NCBI GenBank assembly: GCA_964016885.1
Contig: OZ024740.1
Span: 395,684,001-395,748,000, forward strand
Reading direction: 5' to 3'
DNA from: Eledone cirrhosa
Lineage: Eukaryota
DNA length: 64,000 nucleotides
Shown here piece after piece: positions 14,092 to 25,268 of this stretch (positions are counted from its first letter, which is position 1; the number at the start of each line of letters is the position of its first letter). The position numbers were made by a program, and so were the translations under genes. The notes under the pieces are model-generated. The model did not search any database. It worked only from the letters and a program-made list of their open reading frames with translations, and was not told the DNA's origin.

Positions 14092-14186
14092 ACCCCTTGA
14101 GAAGATCGGCTATTTAAATACCAGGATAAATTTTTCATTTAGTCCAGAATTAGCCGTCGAAACGGCTTGTGCTCAGCTGTCGGGGT
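14092..14186 (+). ncRNA. Type I hammerhead ribozyme, U3:A8 core variant; predicted cleavage after C14181
   Basis: acccc TTGAGAA gatcggcta...tagccgtc GAAA cggct-tgtgctc-agctg TC ggggt: stems I, II and III all pair; GUC triplet. Confidence 0.75.
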
Positions 14187-14371
14187 CTTACTGGTTCCTA
14201 TTACCCACTCTACTACCTCAAGTATTGAGTACTTTGGTGCGTTATGGTCCACCTGGTTCCTTACCACATTTCCTTCGTTATCTAGCTCCTACTCCCGTAG
14301 TAGAGCACTTTCCGACCCTACCACGCCGTATCCAGACTTTTCCGCTAAGCTCAATTCATTTCACCCGCACC

Positions 14372-16537
14372 ATGCGAAAACACAACATTGACTTCTCTAC
14401 CAAGAACATCCCAATCCCACCGAAAAAACTTTACCTTCGGATGCTCACGCAAAAAATCGATCTATTTGCGAAAAGACTTAGATGGAGAACTTTTTTCTAT
14501 GACAGATATTGCGACAACCAAGACTTCGGCACCAAGGAGAGATTCGGATTTATTACCTACAAATCTCCGCCCCTGAACCCCTTGCTCGCACCCTTCGAGA
14601 ATGACCTCTTCCAACTGGTCAAGAACATTAAATTTAAACCCAGACACAACCGATTCCTACAAAAACTCCGTAGCAACTTAACAGAGTATGATAACACAAA
14701 TGACATCATGGTGCATTCGGATAAAACTGGGAACCTATACTTTGTCAACCCTGACAGATACCACACACTGATCAGGAGCAGCCTAAACTCCACCTATAAA
14801 AAGGCCAACCACTCTTGCATCGAGGACATAAATCGAGATAGACAACAAATCACCTCCAGCCTCGGGGTCGCCGACCGCACGGAACCTCTAGACCCACGGA
14901 CACCATACTTCACACTGAAGGACCATAAATCCGATTTTGACCGTAAACCCTCTATCAGGCTTATTAACCCAACGAAGTCCGACATAGGGAGAATCAGCAA
15001 AAAAATCCTAGACCGCGTGATACCAAAAGTCAAGCAACACACCCGACTTAGCCTATGGATCAACACCCAGGAAGTAATCTCCTGGTTCAGCAATATGGAG
15101 GATAAACGAGAAACTAAATTCATACAGTTCGACATAGAGAGCTACTATGCTTCAATCACCTTACCGCTACTTACTGCCGCCTTGGACTTCGCCGAAACAC
15201 TTGTGCCCATCACCGACCAGGAAAGAAAAATCATCCTCCACGCCAGGAAGACAGTCTTACTCTTTGACGACTCTAAATGGATAAAAAGAGCTCCCGACTC
15301 ACCCTTCGACGTCAGCATGGGCGCCACGGATTCGGCGGAGGTCACAGATCTTATAGGATTATTCCTAATAGCCAAACTCACTGATATGTTTCCTGCATTC
15401 GGTGGTGGATTGTACCGTGATGATGGGCTCCTTACCCTTAAAGGGTACAACCCCAGTAGTACAGATCGGGTCCGGAAACAATTAATCAGATTCTTCCGCG
15501 ACTGGGGATTTAAAATAACCCTACAAACGTCCCTGACCCGAGTAAACTTCCTGGACGTGACCCTCGACCTCGAAAACGACCTGTACTACCCATACAGGAA
15601 ACCTAATGACAATCTGCACTACATCCACCGCCGATCAAACCATCCTAGGAACATCACAAACAACCTGGTCAAAAACATCTCCCTCAGCATATCCCGTTTG
15701 TCAGCTAATGAGCGGATATTCGATGAACATGCGCCTTATTACAACCAGGCCCTCAAGCGGAGTGGTTTCCGGGAGGAAATATCCTACTGTCCAGCTCCCA
15801 TTAGCGGAACCAGCAGGAGACACCGCCGCTCACGCAATGTAACATGGTTCAATCCTCCCCACAACGCAGAGGTGACAACTCCCATCGGGAAACTATTCTT
15901 TAGGCTCATTGAAAAACACTTCCCATTACAACACCGCTACCACAACATAATTAACAAAAATACCATCAAACTCTCTTACAGCACTACACCAAACTTCGCA
16001 CAAAACATCGTCTCCTCTAACAACAAAAAACTCAACCCCGATGGCAGAAATAACCTAAATAGCAGTGGAGAACCGACCAGGAGGTGTAACTGCCCGGATA
16101 GATCTATTTGCCCACTCGACAATAGATGCAGAGACCGTAATGTGATCTACCAGTGCAACGTGAGGACGGATACCTCCAACAAAGCCTATATAGGACTTAC
16201 CGCATGTGACTTCAAGACCCGGCTATACCAACATAGACATACCTTCCGAAACCCGGCCCGGCGTCACGCCACTACACTTTCGGGCCACATATGGGACCTC
16301 AAGGACAACAACATCACCTATGACCTCACTTGGAGATTACTGTCCAGAGCCAATTCTTACACGGGAGGACGCCGTCCGTGCAATTTATGCTCGGAGGAAA
16401 CTTTACAAATGCTGTTTTCGACGGACCAACTCCTAAACAAGAAAGATGAACTGGTTACTGCATGTAAACATAGATTGCGTAGGACTTACCTCGCCCTCAA
16501 ACCCCATAATGACCCGGGGGGGGGGGGGGTAGACTAG
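14372..16537 (+). CDS. PLE polyprotein: reverse transcriptase plus GIY-YIG endonuclease, 721 aa from the ATG at 14372 (frame open from 14084)
   Basis: FSTKNIPIP, SDKTGN, TLKDHK, RLINPTKSDIG, FDIESYY, MGA.DSAE, GLYRDDGL, VNFLDVTL, YRKPN, CNC..CPL, VIY..YIGLT..FKTR, CNLC..LLNKKDE..CKH; no stops. Confidence 0.92.
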   Translation: MRKHNIDFSTKNIPIPPKKLYLRMLTQKIDLFAKRLRWRTFFYDRYCDNQDFGTKERFGFITYKSPPLNPLLAPFENDLFQLVKNIKFKPRHNRFLQKLRSNLTEYDNTNDIMVHSDKTGNLYFVNPDRYHTLIRSSLNSTYKKANHSCIEDINRDRQQITSSLGVADRTEPLDPRTPYFTLKDHKSDFDRKPSIRLINPTKSDIGRISKKILDRVIPKVKQHTRLSLWINTQEVISWFSNMEDKRETKFIQFDIESYYASITLPLLTAALDFAETLVPITDQERKIILHARKTVLLFDDSKWIKRAPDSPFDVSMGATDSAEVTDLIGLFLIAKLTDMFPAFGGGLYRDDGLLTLKGYNPSSTDRVRKQLIRFFRDWGFKITLQTSLTRVNFLDVTLDLENDLYYPYRKPNDNLHYIHRRSNHPRNITNNLVKNISLSISRLSANERIFDEHAPYYNQALKRSGFREEISYCPAPISGTSRRHRRSRNVTWFNPPHNAEVTTPIGKLFFRLIEKHFPLQHRYHNIINKNTIKLSYSTTPNFAQNIVSSNNKKLNPDGRNNLNSSGEPTRRCNCPDRSICPLDNRCRDRNVIYQCNVRTDTSNKAYIGLTACDFKTRLYQHRHTFRNPARRHATTLSGHIWDLKDNNITYDLTWRLLSRANSYTGGRRPCNLCSEETLQMLFSTDQLLNKKDELVTACKHRLRRTYLALKPHNDPGGGGVD

Positions 16538-17887
16538 GGCTATAACACCCCACTTGCCGATTTTGCAATGGGTAACCCCTGCTTGCCAAGGGAGACGTAA
16601 GATCTTCTTTGTATTCTTTTATCGCTTCCTCTATTTCCTTCCCCCCTCTCTCCTTAGTCCTTCTACCCCAGCTCTTCTCCTTTGTCGGCGTCTTTTCTCG
16701 CCCACCCGAGGCTGCCCTTTGGCCCCTTGTAGCCTTAGTACCCCCACCCCCTCCCCTAGTCTATGATAGATTTGGCGGACTCCGCCCTTTATAGCAGTTG
16801 GTTTAGACCCCGGATACTTGTCCCCTTTTTCCGACCGCTCCCACTATTCTCTGTGCCCTCTATATTTCTTAGTGGCACTTATGCCTTATTTTTTCGTTTC
16901 AGTATTTCTTTCTTCGCTTTTCTTTTGGGCGGGGTGGATTCTGAATTTATTTTTCCGTATTCTACCCTTACTTCGTACGAACTTTCATGTAGCCTGTTTT
17001 AGATCTTTTAGAGTTAGCATTAGTATATATTTTTCTCGGGACTCAGAATTATTATCTCGTACAAGTTCACTTTGCTGCACTGGGTGGTTGCTGGCATTGT
17101 GCCCGGGATGGAAACCTTTATTGTTTATTTCGTCGTAGTCTCTTTAGTATTTTGGCCTCTTTTGTTGACCCGTCACCGTATCATTTACGTACTTATACCT
17201 CTTAAAAGGGTCCTTGCCTATTCTGTCCCACCTAGTTCTTTTACTTATTTCGTTATTTCTTTATTTCTTTCTTTACTTCTTTCTTTCTTTCTTTCTTTAT
17301 TTATTCTAGCCTAACAATAGCTAGAGACCTAGGTCGTAGAATTTAATTTACTTTACTTTTTTCTTTACACTTATTTGCTTTTCTTCACTCTCAGTATTTT
17401 TTCTTTCCTATATATTTCTACCCCCATTGTTCTACCTACCGTTCCGACTTCCTCCCCCTCCCCTCCCCTGTATCTTCTTTGACCTCATGCCCAGCTGTAG
17501 CTGGCACTACCAACGCTTGATTGGGTCTACTCCACCCCCTCCCCTCTTTCTCCTACTGGCAGGTTTAGCCACCATCTCCCCTACTAATTTGCAACCACAG
17601 AATTACTACTGATTTTTGACAATCACTTTGACCATATATGGAATTACCCCTTGAGAAGATCGGCTATTTAAATACCAGGATAAATTTTTCATTTAGTCCA
17701 GAATTAGCCGTCGAAACGGCTTGTGCTCACTGGTTCCTATATATATATATATATATACATATATAATTATATATTCGTGTACAGATATTTTTGCATACAC
17801 AATAACAAAATATAAACAAACGTATTTATTTCACGAGGCTCGATAAGGATAAATATATATCAAATATATAAGAACCCTAGAGCAAAT

Positions 17888-17915
17888 CCCGAGCAACGCC
17901 GGGCCATTCTGCTAG
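17888..17915 (+). mobile_element. Helitron-type 3' terminus
   Basis: cccg-agcaacgc-cggg hairpin followed by CTAG; similar to the 3' end of 32463-32738. Confidence 0.5.
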
Positions 17916-18172
17916 AATAAACTAAAATGTTATTAAAACGAAAAAGTAGAAAATGTGTGACCTAAATATAAACCTTATATAACGATGCAAATATATAAAC
18001 GTTTATATGAGTAATGTAATAAGTGTTATAATATAACGGTCGCTAACCAGAAGTGTTGACATTTGAAAATTTTAAAGAAGTGAATCTTAAAATAAGCAAT
18101 ACTTTGTATATAAGAATATTTATGTTTAATCAAGAGCTACGAAATTTAGTAGATAAATTACATAATATTCAT

Positions 18173-18556
18173 TCGGTGGATTGGCAGTATCGGTAGAGGG
18201 TCGGACGCTATGCTTTGCAGCATAGTTACGTCCCTTTACGGACTGAGTTCAAATCCCGTCGAGGTTAACTTTGCCTTTCATCCTTACAGGGTCGATAAAA
18301 TAAAGTACCAGTAATGCACTGGGTAATTGCTGGCTTTGTGCCAAAAGTAGAAACACTTATTTATTCATTATTATTTGGCAGTATCGGTAGAGGGTCGGAC
18401 GCCATACTTTGACGCATTGAGTTACAGCCCATGTCATTCTGAGTTCAAATCCCGCCAAGGTCAACTTTGCCTTTCATCCTTAAGGGGTCGATAAAATAAA
18501 GTACCAGTAATACACTGGGATAATTGCTGGCCTTGTGCCAAAAGTAGAAACAATTA
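18173..18556 (+). mobile_element. Two tandem tRNA-derived SINEs (family A)
   Basis: A box (tggcagtatcggt), B box (gagttcaaatccc), conserved core and tta tails; two copies head to tail. Confidence 0.85.
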
Positions 18557-19093
18557 TTTATTCAAAGTTATTTTCAACTTATTTTACTAACAGGATAAAA
18601 AATTATAAAACGGATGCAGTCCCGCACTCCTTTCTTTATTATACTATAGATATATATTTCCACTGCTCTGTATGTATATATATTTTCACTACTCTACCAG
18701 TATACGTTTCCACTACTCTATATATGTGTATACTTTCACTGCTCAGTGAGTGCATATATTCCACTGCTTTATGAGTATACACTTTCACTGCTCTGTGTAT
18801 ATATTTCTATTGCTCTGTGAGTGTATATACTACCACTGTATGTGTGTTGTCACTATGATGTGTGTGTGTGTGTCTATATTTTCACTACTATTGTTTAGCC
18901 CTATGTTAGACTTCTCTGCAAGATAGTGAAGTATATTTTTATGGCTATTTTGCTGCCATTTCTATTAGGTCAAACAGCTATGTAGCGGCGTCCTTATTGG
19001 CTAATATCTTCTTTGTTGTCCATCTAAATGTATTTCAACTTTTTAGTGTGCATTTGCAATGTCATCTGAGTATAATCCTCACTGCTGAGTGTG

Positions 19094-19124
<31 letters not shown>

Positions 19125-19901
19125 ATGTACATGTTTATTTGTATCTTTGTATGTGTACATATTTCACAATTGATATGCATTTATACGTATTTATACTTTT
19201 AAGGATGCATTTCAAAGGCCATATGTTTGTCTATCAGTTGTTAATGTATGCGTGTTTAAGTGCATGCAATCATATATATGTGTATGTAACTATATGTGTG
19301 TGTCTATGTGTTTGTATGTTTCAATATGTGTGTGTGTGTGTGTAGTACATATCTGTGTTTTTATTGTTATGCATGTATATGTATATGTATTTACTCTTTT
19401 CAGAATACATTCCAAAAGCCACCTGTATATTTATAACTGCTCTATCTGTTTGTGTACATGTGTACGTGTACATGTGTATGTGTGTTACTCTGAAGGGGAA
19501 AAAAGAAGAATGGCTATATTTAAACTAAGATATAATTTACAAAATAAATTAAAACAAAACAATTAAAACATGAACACAAAACCTACTTTTTTTAAAAACC
19601 CTCATAATAAACAATTAAGAAAAGAAGAGTGTAGTCATTATTGATTCGTCTTTTAATCTGATAACACAATGAAAAAAGAAGTGTACAGAAAAAACAGGAG
19701 GCAGAAGCTGGGTCCAAAGAAATCGAACTGATACAAAAACTAAATTAGAATCTGAAGAAATTTCTTCAGAAATAATGAAACAAATATTTATAACAATGAA
19801 AAAAAAATGAAGAAAAAATGGACAAAACCCCCCTAAAAATTACAATGAAAAGTTAATGTCTTAAAGAAATATCTCATAGGAAAGAATAGAAGGAAAGTAA
19901 A

Positions 19902-19941
<40 letters not shown>

Positions 19942-19985
19942 GTAATAATAATAAATTTGAAGTCTAAAATCCAAAGAGGGCTCGA

Positions 19986-20040
19986 AGAGTTTCAGAAGAT
20001 CCCGTTAAGGGTGAAAGCAGCGATTCTTTGCTTAAACTTT
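19986..20040 (+). ncRNA. Hammerhead-like motif with variant core CAGAAGA (second copy)
   Basis: Identical to 6846-6896, with a 7-bp stem I (agagttt/aaacttt). Confidence 0.55.
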
Positions 20041-20200
20041 AATCTGTTATTTTAATAAATGTATATATATTAGAAAGTGAGGTTTTTTTACAAAATGAAA
20101 AAAAAACGAGGTGTCCTACACGAGTGAAAGTATAAGGAAAAAAGATGAAATCAAAAATGCAACTGGAGTTGTTTTTTTTAAATATATATTTATTTGGTTC

Positions 20201-20236
20201 CTTTACCGGTTTCGCAGTTCTTCTGCTTTTCAAAAG
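20201..20236 (-). ncRNA. Minimal type I hammerhead ribozyme, U3:A8 variant
   Basis: Minus strand: ctt TTGAAAA gcag-aagaa-ctgc GAAA ccgg TA aag. Palindromic ACCGGT stem III; AATAAA a few nt downstream. Confidence 0.7.
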
Positions 20237-20339
20237 TAGAATTGAGATAGAGGGTTTGTGGTTTTTCTCACATCTGGTTGGTGTTTGAATGTTACTTCTG
20301 TTTTATATGGATGGAAAAAAGTGGCTCGAAATGCTAGGT

Positions 20340-20900
20340 TTTTAGAGAAGTAAATTGGTTGGTTGGTGAATAAGTATAATAAATTTCGCGCCAGTTCGCG
20401 TTACAAAGTTCTTATTATATTTGCCTTCAAAAGGCTCAGGTTGTTTTTGCATATATGAGTGAAGTTTGGTTGGTTGATGCAGTCACGTGAATAAGCACAT
20501 CAGCTTTCGCGCCAGTTTGTGTTTGAATTTCTTTTTACTTTAAAAAAAAGTGGCTCACCGGGGCTTTTTTTTTTTATGTAATTTGATTGGTTATAAATGA
20601 AATTATGACTGTCACGTGAACAAGTACATTAAATTTTGCGCCCGTATTTTGGAATTTTTTTGTAACCATTTAGAGAATTTTGTGCCAAATAATGGTCAAG
20701 GGATGGAGAGAGTTGTTCTGAGTATGACTGATGTGCTGAAATGTAATTTGATTGGTTATAAATGAAATTATTTACTGTCACATGAACAAGTGCATTAAAT
20801 TTCGTGCCCATATTTGGGAATTTATTTTGTAGCCTTTTAGAGAATTTTGTGCCAAACAAAAGATAATGGTCAAGAAAAACGGGATGGGGAGAATTGTTCT
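20340..20900. repeat. Degenerate internal tandem repeats (about 120-165 bp) upstream of the 20201 HHR; probable PLE 3' UTR or non-autonomous element
   Basis: Recurring ttggttgg, gtcacgtgaa and tttcgcgcc blocks; 20575-20740 resembles 20741-20900. Confidence 0.55.
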
Positions 20901-21183
20901 GTTTGTTGGAGTGTCAAAATTCAGACTTTCCATTGAAATAAAGAAAGTAGAGATATGTATGTTTATTTGTGTGCTGGTGTGTGTGTGTAGGAAGATGATT
21001 CTATTAGTAGAATATAACCCACGCAAGTAAAATAGATGTTAAATGATGATGATATGTATATGTATACACACACACACACATGCATATATGTGTGTGTGTG
21101 TGTAAAAAGTAATAAAAAAAAGCAAATGACAGAGTACAATGATGGAATATTTTAGTTTAACACTTGAGATAATAGGAAAAGAG

Positions 21184-21218
21184 TTTTAACGTTTCGGACA
21201 CTAGTCCTTCATCAAAAG
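21184..21218 (-). ncRNA. Degenerate minimal hammerhead motif (solo pLTR remnant)
   Basis: Minus strand: TTGATGA a-ggac-tagt-gtcc GAAA cgtta. C3 is changed to U and stem I is weak. Confidence 0.5.
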
Positions 21219-22246
21219 ATAGAATGAGAAATAAAAGATGAAGTGGAAAGATAAAGAGTGAGAAGAGGAAGGAATGAAAAAAAAAACACGTGTATTCAGT
21301 CAGACATTTTGAATATATATATATATACCTTAGCGGTATGTCGCATATCCAATCTCTTATATATTTTATCTGATGAAAAACCATTGTACTGAAAAACCAT
21401 TGTACCTTTGAAATATGTATAATAAAATATATACTTTGGTTATAATATTTCTCATTTATTAATATTTTGAATAATATTATAGATACTCCAGATAAATAAT
21501 TGTCGAGGGCTTCTAATCTATTGTAAAATTGAATTTGTTGAATAATCAACGAACCATATAAACTTTTGGTTTTTATATATATATATAATAAAATATAATA
21601 TAGCAAAGGTAAAAATATAACTCTATTTGCATGTAGAGAGATACATAGGAGAGTATATGATTGCCAAATAGCTTTAAACAAAGTTCAATGTGTTTATGTA
21701 TCATAGTTATAGGTAAGAATTACAGAAAGATAGGTGTAAATACAGAGCCTTTCTAACCAAAGAGAATGACAGAATACATACATAATATACATATAAATAG
21801 ATATAGGTATATTCATAGAGGCATATATGAAAGCATATACAATATGTTTATGTATAATATACATACATAAGTATTGCTATGGGTGTTTTAAGCTGTGATT
21901 ATGTCACAGCTACCAGACACTATTGTTTCAGGATTTTTCTCCATTTTCAGTGACGTATGCTCAATCAGTATTGAGACAAGAATATACTATCACTTATACT
22001 GAGATCATACGCAAACTAACTCCTTTTAGTAGAATCCACTCTGTTGTTAGCACTTTGAGTGGGTCTCTGGTCTGGAGATAACCTATTACCTTCCTTTCAC
22101 CAGAAAAGGGTCATAAGTGCTGCCCTTCCTCTTCTTAATAAGTTATACACAAATAATAAGGATTGGAGAGCTGATGATGACAGTGAAAGTAACAGTGATA
22201 TATGGTGAGGAGGAGGATAATGATTATTATTATTATTATTATTGGC

Positions 22247-22996
22247 AGTGGATTGGCAGTATCAGTAGAGCGTCGGACAACATGCTTTGCAGCATAGAGT
22301 TACACCCCTTTACATACAGAGTTCAAATCCCGTTATGGTTAGCTTTGCCTTTCATCCTTACGGGGTCGATAAAATAAAGTACCAGTCACACACTGGAGTC
22401 GATTTAATCGACTTTCTTCCCCCTCCCTAAAATTGCTGTCCTTGTGCCTATAGTAGAAATTATTATTATTATTATTATTATAAGGGCGGTGGATTGACAG
22501 TACCGGTAGAGGGTCGGACGCCATGCTTTCCAGCATAGTTACGTCCCTTTACGGTCTGAGTTCAAATCCCGCCGAGGTTGACTTTGCCTTTCATCCTTAC
22601 GGGGTCGATAAAATAAAGTACCAGTAATGTACTGGGTATTTGCTGGCCTTGTGCCTAAAGTAGAAACAATTATTATTATTATTATTAGAGTCGATTGGCA
22701 GAATCAGTAAAGTGTTGTACAATTGCTTTGTGGTATATAGTTACGTCCCTTTACGTTCTGATTTCATATCCTGCCGAGGTTAACTTTGCCTTTCATCCTT
22801 ACGAGGTCGATAAAATAAGGTACCAGTCACACACTGGGGTTAATTTAATCAACTTTCCCCTCCCATAAAATCGCTGGCCTTGTGTCTATATAAGAAACTA
22901 TTATTATTATTATTTATTATTATTATATTGATTAGGGGTCGATAAAATAAAGTACCACTGGGGTAATTGCTGGTCTTGCGCCAAAAGTAGAAACAA
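22247..22996 (+). mobile_element. Cluster of 3-4 tandem SINEs (family A) separated by (TTA)n
   Basis: Repeated A box, B box and core at about 22247, 22484 and 22690, with a fragment at about 22935. Confidence 0.85.
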
Positions 22997-23251
22997 TTAT
23001 TATATTGATAGCCCCAATTCATTCCTGATTGATCAAAAATATTCCAGTATTTGCCATCCTGTTTATTTTTGTATCTAGAGTTACATTGCTCAATGTTTTC
23101 TTCCGTTTATTAAGATTGTATAATGTGATTTGAAGGAAAGTTTGTTGTTATTTCTAACAGATCTAGCGACCATATATAGCCTCCTTTGCTGATACATATA
23201 AGTTGATAAGAGGGATAGTGTTGCTAATGATGATACTGAGATCAATGGTAA

Positions 23252-23437
23252 TAATTGTTTCTACTTTAGGCACAAGGCCAGCAATTACCCAGTGTATTAC
23301 TGGTACTTTATTTTATCGACCCTGTAAGGATGAAAGGCAAAGTCAACCTCGGCGGGATTTGAACTCAGATCGTAAAGGGACGTAACTATGCTGGAAAGCA
23401 TGGCGTCCGACTCTCTACCGATACTGCCAATCCACCG
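23252..23437 (-). mobile_element. SINE (family A), inverted relative to the 22.2-23.0 kb cluster
   Basis: Close reverse complement of 22484-22669. Confidence 0.85.
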
Positions 23438-23492
23438 ATGACAATAAGAACAATATTGATAAATGTATGGAGAAGATGATGATGGTTAGAGT

Positions 23493-24318
23493 GATGGTAA
23501 TAGAGCAAGGGTGATATTGAGGGTTGGTGTTGGGAGTGGGGAGGGTAATAGAGCAAGGGTGATATTGAGGGTTGGTGTTGGGAGTGGGGATGGTAATAGA
23601 GCAAGGGTGATATTGAGGGTTGGTGTTGGGAGTGGGGATGGTAATAGAGCAAGGGTGATATTGAGGGTTGGTGTTGGGAGTGGGGAGGGTAATAGAGCAA
23701 GGGTGATATTGAGGGTTGGTGTTGGGAGTGGGGAGGGTAATAGAGCAAGGGTGATATTGAGGGTTGGTGTTGGGAGTGGGGATGGTAATAGAGCAAGGGT
23801 GATATTGAGGGTTGGTGTTGGGAGTGGGGAGGGTAATAGAGCAAGGGTGATATTGAGGGTTGGTGTTGGGAGTGGGGAGGGTAATAGAGCAAGGGTGATA
23901 TTGAGGGTTGATGTTGGGAGTGGGGAGGGTAATAGAGCAAGGGTGATATTGAGGGTTGGTGTTGGGAGTGGGGAGGGTAATAGAGCAAGGGTGATATTGA
24001 GGGTTGGTGTTGGGAGTGGGGAGGGTAATAGAGCAAGGGTGATATTGAGGGTTGGTGTTGGGAGTGGGGAGGGTAATAGAGCAAGGGTGATATTGAGGGC
24101 TGATGTTGGGAGTGGGGAGGGTAATAGAGCAAGGGTGATATTGAGGGTTGGTGTTGAGAGTGGGGAGGGTAATAGAGCAAGGGTGATATTGAGGGCTGAT
24201 GTTGGGGGTGGGGAGGGTAATAGAGCAAGGGTGATATTGAGGGTTGATGTTGGGAGTGGGGAGGGTAATAGAGCAAGGGTGATAGTGAGGGTTGGTGTTG
24301 GGAGTGGGGAGGGTAATA
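23493..24318 (+). repeat. 48-bp G-rich minisatellite, about 17 copies
   Basis: Unit ggtaatagagcaagggtgatattgagggttggtgttgggagtggggag, highly homogeneous. Confidence 0.95.
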
Positions 24319-24377
24319 ATAAAAACAGAATAAACAATATTCAGGTTTGTGCTGATGATAGGATTGTGATAGGAGCT

Positions 24378-24665
24378 GTGGTGGTGGTGGTGGTGGTGAT
24401 GGTAGGTGTGATGATGATGGTAGTTGTGATGATGATGATTGTTTATGTATGGATAGGTGGAGGTTAGAAATAAGGTGGTGGAAGTGTTGGTTGTGGTGGT
24501 GGTGGCGGTGGTGGTGTTGGTGGTGGTGGCGGTGGTGGTGGTGGTGTTGGTGGTGGTGGCGGTGGTGGTGTTGGTGGTGGTGGCGGTGGTGGTGGTGGTG
24601 GCGGTGGTGGTGGTGGTGTTGGTGGTGGTGGCGGTGGTGGTGTTAGTGGTGGTGGAGGTGGTGGA
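24378..24665 (+). repeat. (GGT)n-type microsatellite
   Basis: Imperfect ggt/ggc/gtt trinucleotide run. Confidence 0.9.
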
Positions 24666-25107
24666 TGCTTGGGGCTGATCAAAGTGATAATGATAATCAG
24701 CGGTGCCTACCATTGAAGATCATCACTTACATTACAATGGAATTGACTGGGACACTAACACTACAGATGATGATGATAGTGGTGGTGGTGCTGCTGGTAT
24801 ATTGCACTAAGTACCACTTCCTGCAGCTTGTTAGTACTGCCCTCCAGCTGCCACCCATGTTCGTTAATGGGTTAAGAGAAAATTTTGCTTTTAACCAAGC
24901 AACCCAAACCCACTACTACCAACAACAATAACACCAACAGTGTTTGTGAATATATTCAAAGAAGTGTGTGTGTATGTGCGTATGTGTCATTGTTTGTATA
25001 TGTGTATAGTTATGTATCTATGTTTGAATATGTGTGGTGATATTGATTTAAGCATCACAATTCTACAAAACAACAAAAATAAGAAGATAATATGTGTGTA
25101 TGCACTC

Positions 25108-25152
<45 letters not shown>

Positions 25153-25229
25153 ATATATTTAGAAACACACAGATACATGCAGACACATTTTATTACTAAT
25201 TATATCTAAATGTTCCTTCTCTCTTCATA

Positions 25230-25268
<39 letters not shown>

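Larger units (their letters stand above)
14005..17739 (+). mobile_element. Full-length Penelope-like retroelement with direct pLTRs (about 14005-14190 and 17559-17739)
   Basis: Single RT plus C-terminal GIY-YIG ORF, about 1 kb of 3' UTR, direct terminal repeat containing an HHR, and a 3' end running into (TA)n. Confidence 0.95.

Noticed and set aside
14084-14371. N-terminal 96 aa of the 817-aa ORF as real protein
   Set aside because: It overlaps the pLTR and hammerhead, recognisable PLE motifs begin only after ATG 14372, and the predicted cleavage would remove the first ATG.
18173-18280. tRNA genes suggested by A and B boxes
   Set aside because: No complete cloverleaf; the boxes are followed by the SINE core and tail and occur in many diverged copies.
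23493-24318. CRISPR-like array
   Set aside because: The units are contiguous and near-identical with no unique spacers; the context is eukaryotic and there are no cas genes.
23386-24713. Long ORFs of 283-432 aa on both strands
   Set aside because: They are translations of the 48-bp minisatellite and the (GGT)n run, open in several frames at once, with no splice or domain support.
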